Shown here in pieces: positions 17,342-25,472 of a stretch of 32,000 bases of DNA. Each line of letters starts with the position of its first letter. Within the stretch, counting starts at the first letter, position 1. This DNA comes from Pseudoalteromonas tetraodonis. Its GTDB lineage: Bacteria > Pseudomonadota > Gammaproteobacteria > Enterobacterales > Alteromonadaceae. The DNA is taken from the NCBI RefSeq assembly GCF_002310835.1, contig NZ_CP011041.1, positions 2,070,001 through 2,102,000 of the forward strand. Direction: 5' to 3'. Made by a program: the position numbers and the translations under genes. The notes beneath the pieces are model-generated. The model was not told the DNA's origin. It searched no databases and saw only the letters and a program-made list of their open reading frames with translations.

Positions 17342-18814
17342 TTATGCCTTATCGCCAGTATTAAACCAAACATGATTATTCTCTGCTAATAATTCATCTG
17401 CATCTTCAGGGCCCCAACTACCGGCTCTATACAGTGCTGGTTTACCTTTTTCTTGCCAACGTTCAATTATTGGATCAATCCACTTCCATGCTTGGCGTAC
17501 TTCATCACGATGAATAAATAATGATGGATTATTCGCTGCAGCATCAAGCATTAAACGTTTGTAAGCATCTGAGTGAAAGCCATTACTATATGCTTGCGAC
17601 AGCTCAATGTTCATCGTTACAGGTTCAAGTTGCATGTCTAAATTATCTAAACGCTTCGACATCAGCGTTAATTGAATGCTTTCTTGTGGTTGTAAACGGA
17701 TCACCAAACGGTTTGGCTCGATATTACCTACGCTGTCCTCATACACGTTATGAGATACTTTTTTATATTCAACCACAATTTCAGCGCAGCGCTTTGCCAT
17801 ACGTTTACCGGTACGCAGGTAAAAAGGCACACCGGCCCAACGCCAATTATCAATGTGCGCACGAATAGCCACGAAGGTTTCAGTTTTACTTGCTCCTTCG
17901 TTTAGCTCTTCTAAGTAACCTGGGACTATTTTACCGTTTAAATCACCCGGTACGTATTGCCCACGAATAATATTGTCATCAACATCGCTGCCCTCTAATG
18001 GGCGTAATGCTTCTAATACTTTTAACTTTTCATTGCGAATACTATTGGCTTTAAGTTTATGCGGTGACTCCATTGCGACTAAGCAAAGTAGCTGTAACAA
18101 GTGGTTTTGCACCATGTCACGCAAAGCACCGGCTTTATCATAAAAACCAGCGCGGCTCTCAAGCCCTACCGTTTCTGATAAGCTAATTTGGATATTATCA
18201 ATCGATTTAGCATCCCACATGTTTTCAAATAATGAATTTGAAAAACGCAATGCCATTAAGTTTTGAACGGTTTCTTTACCTAGGTAGTGGTCAATACGGA
18301 AGATTTGATCTTCGTCGAAGTACTGTGCAATTTTCGCATTAATAACTTCTGCAGACTCGCCACAATAACCAATTGGTTTTTCTACAACAACACGTGAATT
18401 GGCTGTTATTAATTTTTTAGTGGATAGAATTTCACAACAAGTGCCATACACAGCTGGCGGAAGAGATAAGTAAAACACACGAGATTTATCGCTGTCGTCT
18501 TCATCAAGAATTTTTTTCAGTACATCCCAGTTATCATCCGCTTCGGTAACATTACTCACTACAGGCACTAAAAACGCTGAGAACGATTTCCAATCCTTAG
18601 CGTTATACTCGCCTTCGCTTAAAAATTCTTGTAATGCTTTGTGTGCGGTATCAATGTATTCATCACATTTACTTTGTTCGCGCACGGTAGGCAAAATACG
18701 TGAGCCTTGCGGTAAGTTACCTTCTTGATATGCTCGATACATTGCAGGAAGTAATTTGCGTAACGCAAGATCACCACCGCCCCCAAAAATTATAATATCA
18801 AAAGGATTAAGCAT
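17342..18814 (-). CDS. zwf: Glucose-6-phosphate 1-dehydrogenase
   Basis: Contains FGGGGDLALRKL (the NADP site), RIDHYLGKE (the active-site motif), and EKP. 490 aa. Confidence 0.95.
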   Translation of the reverse strand: MLNPFDIIIFGGGGDLALRKLLPAMYRAYQEGNLPQGSRILPTVREQSKCDEYIDTAHKALQEFLSEGEYNAKDWKSFSAFLVPVVSNVTEADDNWDVLKKILDEDDSDKSRVFYLSLPPAVYGTCCEILSTKKLITANSRVVVEKPIGYCGESAEVINAKIAQYFDEDQIFRIDHYLGKETVQNLMALRFSNSLFENMWDAKSIDNIQISLSETVGLESRAGFYDKAGALRDMVQNHLLQLLCLVAMESPHKLKANSIRNEKLKVLEALRPLEGSDVDDNIIRGQYVPGDLNGKIVPGYLEELNEGASKTETFVAIRAHIDNWRWAGVPFYLRTGKRMAKRCAEIVVEYKKVSHNVYEDSVGNIEPNRLVIRLQPQESIQLTLMSKRLDNLDMQLEPVTMNIELSQAYSNGFHSDAYKRLMLDAAANNPSLFIHRDEVRQAWKWIDPIIERWQEKGKPALYRAGSWGPEDADELLAENNHVWFNTGDKA

Positions 18815-19049
18815 AGTTACTCTCTACGTTTATGCTACCTGCCACTACCGTATTGGTAATCAGTTATAGCGGTTTATTATCTGGATAATGCAGGCCTTAG
18901 CACAAAGCCTACTAATGTTGTTCGTTATATGCGCCATAAAAAATGGGTCTAGGGACACTGTAATTCCTCTCACAAAAATACAGGCCCTAGGACTCCAGCG
19001 CTACCCGTTCAAAGGTATTTGGTTACTTATTGTGTAATAAGTGAATGTG

Positions 19050-20696
19050 TTACTGCGTACGGTGTTGTTTGTAGTACGCCATTAAGCCCTGTGTTGAGCT
19101 GTCGTGCTCATTAACCACGTTATCGTCGGTTAATTCAGCTTCAATTTTAGAGGCTAAACCTTTACCAAGCTCAACGCCCCACTGATCAAACGAACATATT
19201 TGTAAAAGAATACCGTGGCAAAAAATCTTATGTTCATACAGTGCAATTAAACGACCCACCGCTTTTGCATCAACCGTGTCTAATAATATAGACGTTGTTG
19301 GGCGGTTTCCTTGATGAATTTTATGCTTTAGTAGCATTTCAATTTGCGCAGGCGTTTTGCCTTTGGCTGCTAAATCAGCGGTTATCTGCTGCGCATCTAC
19401 CCCGTTCATTAATGCTTCGGTTTGTGCAAAAAAGTTCGATAATAAAATATTGTGATGCTTATCAACGTTAACCTGTGGTTTTACAGAGCCAATAAAGTCC
19501 GCAGGGACAATTACATTGCCTTGGTGCAAACATTGATAAAACGCATGCTGGCCATTTATTCCCGTCATGCCCCAAATAATAGGCACGGTAGTGTAAGGTA
19601 CGGTTTGCCCATCAAAAGTGACGTGCTTACCGTTACTTTCCATTTCACCCTGTTGTAAATACGCAGGCAACATATGCAATGCTTGGTCGTAAGGTAAAAT
19701 AGCTTGCGAATCAAACCCTAAAAAGCTGGTATTCCATACACTCAACAGCGCCATAATTAAAGGAATATTCTGCTCAAGCGGTGCCGACTTAAAGTGCTCG
19801 TCAACTTCAAACGCCCCTTCTAAAATAGCTTCAAATGCTTCAAAGCCGGCATAAAGTGCAATAGGTAAACCAATCGCACTCCAAAGTGAAAAACGACCGC
19901 CAACCCAATCCCACATGGTAAATACGTTTTCGTCACTAATACCAAATGCCGCGGTTTTTTCTAAATTGGTGCTTACTGCCACAAAATGCTTTGCTATGGC
20001 GCTTTTATCTTTGGCGCTATTTAAAAACCAATCAACCGCTGTTTTTGAGTTGGTCATGGTTTCTGAGGTAGTAAAGGTTTTTGACGAAATAACAAATAAC
20101 GTTGTTTCAGGGTCAACTTTATTCAATACCGACGCGATTTGTACGCCATCAGCATTAGAAACATAATGAACGTTTAACGGCTTATCAACTAATGCTTTAA
20201 GTGCTTCAGTTGCCGTTTGAGGGCCTAGGTTTGAACCCCCTACACCAATACTCACTACATCTTTCACCGCTTTACCGGTGTAACCTAACCACTGTCCACT
20301 GCGTACTTTTTCAACAAAGGTTTTAATTTTAGCAAGTTCGCTATCGACCGCCTCAGTAATATTTTCACCGTCAACAATAAGCGGTGTATGGGCGCGATTT
20401 CTAAGTGCGGTATGCAATACGGCACGGTCTTCGGTGATATTTATTTTCTCACCGGCAAACATTTTTTCACGCCACGCTTCAATATCACACTCTTTAGCTA
20501 ATGAGATTAATTGAGCGAAAACTTTCTCATCAATACGTTGTTTTGAATAATCAAACAATACACCAGGAATGTGAGTAGAAAATTGAGAAAAACGAGAATC
20601 GTCTTGTGCAAATAAAGTTTTCAGATGTGTTTGTGCCATCTTTTGTGCACTATTTTCTAGTGCTTGCCAACTTACTAACTCAGAACGGCTCGCCAT
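19050..20696 (-). CDS. pgi: Glucose-6-phosphate isomerase
   Basis: 548 aa with PGI signatures (GIGGSNLGP, SKTFTTSET, GGRFSLWSAIG, ESNGK). AGGGGA SD is present. Confidence 0.95.
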   Translation of the reverse strand: MASRSELVSWQALENSAQKMAQTHLKTLFAQDDSRFSQFSTHIPGVLFDYSKQRIDEKVFAQLISLAKECDIEAWREKMFAGEKINITEDRAVLHTALRNRAHTPLIVDGENITEAVDSELAKIKTFVEKVRSGQWLGYTGKAVKDVVSIGVGGSNLGPQTATEALKALVDKPLNVHYVSNADGVQIASVLNKVDPETTLFVISSKTFTTSETMTNSKTAVDWFLNSAKDKSAIAKHFVAVSTNLEKTAAFGISDENVFTMWDWVGGRFSLWSAIGLPIALYAGFEAFEAILEGAFEVDEHFKSAPLEQNIPLIMALLSVWNTSFLGFDSQAILPYDQALHMLPAYLQQGEMESNGKHVTFDGQTVPYTTVPIIWGMTGINGQHAFYQCLHQGNVIVPADFIGSVKPQVNVDKHHNILLSNFFAQTEALMNGVDAQQITADLAAKGKTPAQIEMLLKHKIHQGNRPTTSILLDTVDAKAVGRLIALYEHKIFCHGILLQICSFDQWGVELGKGLASKIEAELTDDNVVNEHDSSTQGLMAYYKQHRTQ

Positions 20697-20971
20697 GTAA
20701 ACATCCCCTAATTTATTAATCTATTGATTTAAAGCGCTTTATTTAATTTTTTACGACGCAAAATAACCGAATTTTGTAAAAAGCAAAGCCCAATACTATA
20801 GCTTAAAAAGTCTAATTTGCGTTATTTTTATAAGCTTCGATGCAGATAATAGCGCAATTTTTTACTTTTGACACCGGTATCATAAAATTAAAAATTGAAT
20901 TTAACAACTGATCAGCCCTTCTCTTTAATGAAGATTTTATTAATTTCTAACTGATCCAAATTAAAGCGAGC

Positions 20972-21000
20972 AAAAAAAAGGCCGACAAATGTCGGCCTTT
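20972..21000 (-). terminator. Rho-independent terminator of the desulfurase-MBL-rhodanese gene
   Basis: On the minus strand AAAGGCCGAC-ATTT-GTCGGCCTTT is followed by a T8 run. It lies 15 nt after the stop codon. Confidence 0.8.
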
Positions 21001-21015
21001 CCTCTAAATAAACAA

Positions 21016-23271
21016 TTAACCGGTTAACGCTAAACCACCCGATAAGTTATAAACACTGCTGTAACCAAGCTCAGTCAAATTTGCTGCCGCAATTTTTGAA
21101 CGGTTACCACTGCGACACACTAAAATATACTGGTTGTTTTTGTCCAATTGGCCTTGCGTAAGTGCATGAGCCATTCGACTTAAAGGAATATTTAAGGTTT
21201 TAGCTATGGGTACGTTTAGCAATGCGCTTAAATTATTAGCGCCGTGTTCATAAGGTTCTCGGGTATCAATTAAATACGCATTGCCCTCTACCAGTATTTC
21301 TTTTGCTTGGTTAAAACTTAATTGCGAAGTTTCTATAGCAGGCTTAGCATTAACATAACCACAGAGCGTGTTGGCTTGTGTGTGTTGTTGTAAATCTGCT
21401 TGCTGTTTTTGTGCGGCAAATTCAGCGTCATCAATATCACCTTTAATTAGCTTTTGTAACAATGGCGTTTGCTGCTGTTGAACAGCCCAGTTCATTGCAA
21501 AGCACTGTTGGTAATCATGCCCTGAACACACCACACTTTGCGGATTAAGCTCTGCTGCTAACATCGTCAAAGAATGCGCCATTTTCATTGCATCCCCGCC
21601 ATCAAGCGCGGTATTTCCAAGCCCTGCAGGTAAAATTAAATCACCGCAAAAGCAATACTGAACATCTCCATTATTCGCTTTTAATAAATAACTCACGCTA
21701 TCTTGGCTATGCCCTGGTGTGGCTAGCTTTTCGAGTACGTGAGTGGTTAATTGCAATGTGTCGCTATTCGTTGGCCAGCCTAATTTATCAACCTCTCCAG
21801 CGACTAAGTATTCTTTAAGTGCGCTGCGCATTAAATCAAGTGCGCAGTGACGTTCTTGATGCTCATGCGTATTTAAAATAGCGGTAATAGTTAAATTTTG
21901 CGTAGTTACTATTTTTTCAAAGCGAGGGATCAGTTCAATAATCGGATCGATAATAAATGCATGTTGATCATCTGTTACATACAACCAACTACATGCACCT
22001 TGGTGTCTAAATTGGGTAAGCCCTAAAGCACATACTTCTTGCAAAGGAAAACTGCTATCAGAAATCACTAAACAGTTAGCTTGTAATACCGTTTTAAGCG
22101 CTCTAATTTGTTCACATGCATCATCTATTTGCGCCATCGTAGCAGCAGGGCCAAATGACAAACGAATAGCGTTTTCACTTTGCCAGTGTGAGGCTCCCAT
22201 CGCATCAAGCACAAAGCTCTGCGTAGCTCCCGTGCTGCATGCAGAGCCACCGCTGACCCTAATACCTGCAGCGTCAAATAAATCAATAACTTCTTTACTA
22301 GTTAAATCGTTAACCGCAAAATTAAGCGTTGTGGGCACAGAGCAGGCAAAGTCATGATTAAAGGTAATACTTCCAAAAGTATCAACTAAGGCGCTATGGA
22401 GTTTATCCCGATACAAGTTAAGTACATCTATTGATTTAAAAGTCTCGTCTTGTTTATCTAGCAGCAAACTAAACAGCTTATTGAGCCCAGCTATACCAGG
22501 CAGGTTTTCTGTACCAGAGCGCATGCCACTTTCTTGGCCGCCACCGGCTATAAAAGGCGTGTATGGGCTGCCTTGACGAATATACAATAAACCTATGCCT
22601 TTAGGTGCATAAAGTTTATGCCCTGAAAAAGGCGCATAATCAATCGTTGTTTCACTTAGGTTGAGCTGTTGTTTGCCAAGCGCTTGTACACAATCAACCA
22701 TCCAAGTGACTTGGCTATTACGACTACGAATCACCTTTTCTATGGCGCTTAGATCTTGGTAAACACCGGTTTCATTATTAACGGCCATCGTGCAAATCAT
22801 CAAAGCGTCATCAATATGCTGAGCAATAAAGTCTAAATCTAAAATACCATCACGATTAACCGGAATAGCAATAATATCAGCGTTAATCTCAAGCACTGTA
22901 TTCCAATGCTTTAGCGTATTAGGCACCGCTTTATGCTCAGTTGCCCCATACAATAAAACGGGGTTTGGCTTTGTATGGTGTTTTGCATTAATGAGCGTCG
23001 ATACGATGGCGGTTTGAATCCCCTCAGTGGCACCGGAGGTGAATAAAATATCACCTTGCTGCGCGCCAATGACGGTACGGGCTTTTTGCCTAGTTTGTTC
23101 TAATAAGTGCTTGGCTTGAATGCCGGTTATATGAGGACTTGAGGGATTACCAAAACAAATTTGCATAGCATGGCACACCACCTCTGCAATACATGGCAAT
23201 ACAGGTGTGGTCGCATTTGCATCGAGATAAACTTGAGCTTTGGGTTCATCTGGCAATAAAAACTCTGACAT
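21016..23271 (-). CDS. Tri-domain fusion: class-V cysteine desulfurase (NifS/IscS-like) + metallo-beta-lactamase-fold persulfide-dioxygenase-like domain + rhodanese
   Basis: aa 1-390: LDANATTP, FTSGATEG, PLP-Lys SGHK219, and the catalytic loop SGGSAC345S. aa ~425-600: THEHQERH (469-475), TPGH521S, CGD544, SGH585DY (ETHE1/glyoxalase-II-like spacing). aa ~655-751: rhodanese with the active-site loop C719RSGNRS. It is one uninterrupted ORF. Confidence 0.85.
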   Translation of the reverse strand: MSEFLLPDEPKAQVYLDANATTPVLPCIAEVVCHAMQICFGNPSSPHITGIQAKHLLEQTRQKARTVIGAQQGDILFTSGATEGIQTAIVSTLINAKHHTKPNPVLLYGATEHKAVPNTLKHWNTVLEINADIIAIPVNRDGILDLDFIAQHIDDALMICTMAVNNETGVYQDLSAIEKVIRSRNSQVTWMVDCVQALGKQQLNLSETTIDYAPFSGHKLYAPKGIGLLYIRQGSPYTPFIAGGGQESGMRSGTENLPGIAGLNKLFSLLLDKQDETFKSIDVLNLYRDKLHSALVDTFGSITFNHDFACSVPTTLNFAVNDLTSKEVIDLFDAAGIRVSGGSACSTGATQSFVLDAMGASHWQSENAIRLSFGPAATMAQIDDACEQIRALKTVLQANCLVISDSSFPLQEVCALGLTQFRHQGACSWLYVTDDQHAFIIDPIIELIPRFEKIVTTQNLTITAILNTHEHQERHCALDLMRSALKEYLVAGEVDKLGWPTNSDTLQLTTHVLEKLATPGHSQDSVSYLLKANNGDVQYCFCGDLILPAGLGNTALDGGDAMKMAHSLTMLAAELNPQSVVCSGHDYQQCFAMNWAVQQQQTPLLQKLIKGDIDDAEFAAQKQQADLQQHTQANTLCGYVNAKPAIETSQLSFNQAKEILVEGNAYLIDTREPYEHGANNLSALLNVPIAKTLNIPLSRMAHALTQGQLDKNNQYILVCRSGNRSKIAAANLTELGYSSVYNLSGGLALTG

Positions 23272-23378
23272 TAAAAACGCACCTTATTACTAAAAAATAT
23301 ATCTTATTCCCAATAGTACATAGTTTTGACAGGAATGAATAATAATCTTTAGTAATTAAAGTGCGTTTACTATACCTT

Positions 23379-24455
23379 TTAGTTACCGAGCTCTTGCGCG
23401 AGTTCTTCGTGTTTGGATGACCAGGCATTAATAAGTGCTTTGACTAATGATGCTAATGGAATGGCAAAAAACACTCCCCAAAAACCCCATAGCCCACCAA
23501 AAAATAGTACCGCAACAATAATAAATACCGGATTTAAATCAACCGCTTCAGAGAACAATAAAGGCACCAATACGTTGCCATCGAGCGCTTGAATAATGCC
23601 GTATATAATTAAAACGGTCCAAAATTGAGTTTCTAAACCAAACTGAAACAGCGCTACTGCGGCCACTGGTATAGTTACTAACGCTGCGCCCACAAACGGA
23701 ATAAGCACCGAAAAGCCTACGAGAACGCCTAAAAGCGCGGCGTACCGTAAGTCCAGTATGGTAAAAGCAATAAACGACACAGAACCAACAATTAAAATTT
23801 CAAATACTTTGCCACGAATATAATTCATGATTTGCTGATTCATTTCATGCCACACTTGTAAAATTAAGCGGCGTTGGCGTGGGATCATTTTAGCAATGCT
23901 GGCACTGAGCTCTACTTTATCTTTGAGCATAAAAAACACCAGTAGCGGTACCAAAATAAGGTAAATTAACCATGCTACAGCGTCTTTTAATGAATTAAGC
24001 GACGCAGACAATACCACTTGGCCAAAGTCGAGAACTTTGGTTTCAACGGTTACTACAATCGATTGTACTTGCTCTGCGCTAATAAGGCTGGGGTATTTAT
24101 CAGGCAGATCGAGTAAAAACGATTTACCTTGTTCGACCATATGCGGTGTTTCTTGGACTAGGTTACTGCTTTGCTGCCAAAGCACAGGGCCTATAACCAA
24201 TATTAAAGTGAGCATAATGCCAATAAATATCAGCATTACTATGCTGGTGGCAGTAAAACGCTTAAGGCCAAACCGTTCTAAGTGAACCACAGGCCAATCT
24301 AATAAATAAGCTATGATCAGTGCCACTAACACAGGCACAATTAATGGGCCAAAAAAATACAACATGGCAACCAGTGCCAACAATAAAAAAAGTAAAGTGA
24401 CTGAATCAGGATCAGAAAACTTTTTTTCATACCATGCTTTTACATATTCAAACAC
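23379..24455 (-). CDS. perM: AI-2E (UPF0118/PerM) family transporter
   Basis: A polytopic membrane protein whose N-terminus (FEYVKAWYEKKFSDPDSVTLLFLL) resembles E. coli PerM. It keeps the E. coli-like divergent neighbourhood with bepA-yfgD. GTG start overlaps the upstream gene. Confidence 0.8.
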   Translation of the reverse strand: MFEYVKAWYEKKFSDPDSVTLLFLLLALVAMLYFFGPLIVPVLVALIIAYLLDWPVVHLERFGLKRFTATSIVMLIFIGIMLTLILVIGPVLWQQSSNLVQETPHMVEQGKSFLLDLPDKYPSLISAEQVQSIVVTVETKVLDFGQVVLSASLNSLKDAVAWLIYLILVPLLVFFMLKDKVELSASIAKMIPRQRRLILQVWHEMNQQIMNYIRGKVFEILIVGSVSFIAFTILDLRYAALLGVLVGFSVLIPFVGAALVTIPVAAVALFQFGLETQFWTVLIIYGIIQALDGNVLVPLLFSEAVDLNPVFIIVAVLFFGGLWGFWGVFFAIPLASLVKALINAWSSKHEELAQELGN

Positions 24456-24666
24456 GTAACGGCTCCACTAATAACAACCCCTGTTGTTTATTTAACTTGT
24501 AATAATACGCTTTTTTTTGCAAATATCGTTCAATATCATCAGTGTTTTGTTCTTGTGAGATATTAAAGGTAATTGCTTGTTTTAACGATATTGCATCACG
24601 CAGCCCTAATTTAAACTGAATAAATTGCTGTGGGCATTTATAAGCGCGTAAATTTAGCTCTAGCAT
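24448..24666 (-). CDS. Small TusA/SirA-like protein (putative sulfur-carrier fold)
   Basis: 72 aa. LNLRAYKC11PQQFIQFK resembles the TusA LGLRCPEPVMMVRK motif (conserved Cys-Pro, helix, Lys). The stop overlaps the perM GTG (GTGTTTGA). The assignment is by eye only. Confidence 0.5.
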   Translation of the reverse strand: MLELNLRAYKCPQQFIQFKLGLRDAISLKQAITFNISQEQNTDDIERYLQKKAYYYKLNKQQGLLLVEPLRV

Positions 24667-24809
24667 ACTCGTTTCGCTACCTATTCACATTAATAATAAG
24701 TCCTATAACAGGGCCAATTGAGATTAACCGCAGTTAAATTTAACTTTTTCTTAAAACAACCTCTGCAATGGTTTATCCTTATAACATCGTTAGCTATCAG
24801 GATACGTTA

Positions 24810-25460
24810 ATGCCTAATTCGCATAATAAAGCGCAATTGCCTAGCAATCCAACTCTCAAAGAAATTAATTGGTTTAAAAAGCAAATTAATTGGGGGGAGC
24901 TGCCGCATTTTTATCATTTAGTGGCTTCGTCGGTAAGTGAATGTGAAAGTATTTTAGATCACGGATTTGATAATGCCATTAAGCGTATTATCGACAAACG
25001 CAATTGGAATTTAGAAGCGCTGGGAATAGACCCCAACGAGCTTTATGAAAAAGAAAGCAATAACAAACCACGAATTTCACTGCATCAAGTGTTTACCGAG
25101 CGTGGTTTTGAATTACAAGCCTTCCCTTTTTCTAATGATACCGCCATCGATAGGTACGCACGACATGATGAGACAATGGAGTTTAGATTATGGGATCCAT
25201 TGACGATGAAAACCGTTATTCGCATTAATCAGTTACATAAATTCATTGGCTTTTACTTAGACCAAGGCGATGAGGCAGATAAAGCGCTTATATTACATTC
25301 TCACAAAGTGGTTCATAAAATTATTGCTTTTTTACAAACTCAATTGAACATTGTTAAGGTTGATGGGGTCACAATAAAGGCGTTTTATCAACTATGTGAA
25401 AAGGACAGCCGTTTATACACAGATGATCCTTCAAGTGCTAGTGCCCCTGATAAAAAATAA
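24810..25460 (+). CDS. Hypothetical cytoplasmic protein, no recognisable motif
   Basis: The ORF is open from 24768. ATG 24810 has an AGGA SD 7 nt upstream, whereas 24768 has none. It ends 12 nt before bepA. No TM segment or signal peptide is present. Confidence 0.6.
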   Translation: MPNSHNKAQLPSNPTLKEINWFKKQINWGELPHFYHLVASSVSECESILDHGFDNAIKRIIDKRNWNLEALGIDPNELYEKESNNKPRISLHQVFTERGFELQAFPFSNDTAIDRYARHDETMEFRLWDPLTMKTVIRINQLHKFIGFYLDQGDEADKALILHSHKVVHKIIAFLQTQLNIVKVDGVTIKAFYQLCEKDSRLYTDDPSSASAPDKK

Positions 25461-25472
25461 ACAAGGAATATA

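Noticed and set aside
18955-18985. HexR-type operator upstream of zwf (CTGTAATTCCTCTCACAA)
   Set aside because: Only the left half-site (TGTAAT) matches the remembered TGTAAT...ATTACA / TTGT-N7-8-ACAA patterns. The right half is CTCACA and the spacing is off, so I do not call it a site.
23246-23428. 60-aa ORF bridging the perM stop and the fusion-gene start
   Set aside because: It overlaps both flanking genes on the same strand in another frame. It is Lys/Arg/Ile-rich like translated AT-rich spacer, and nothing supports it.
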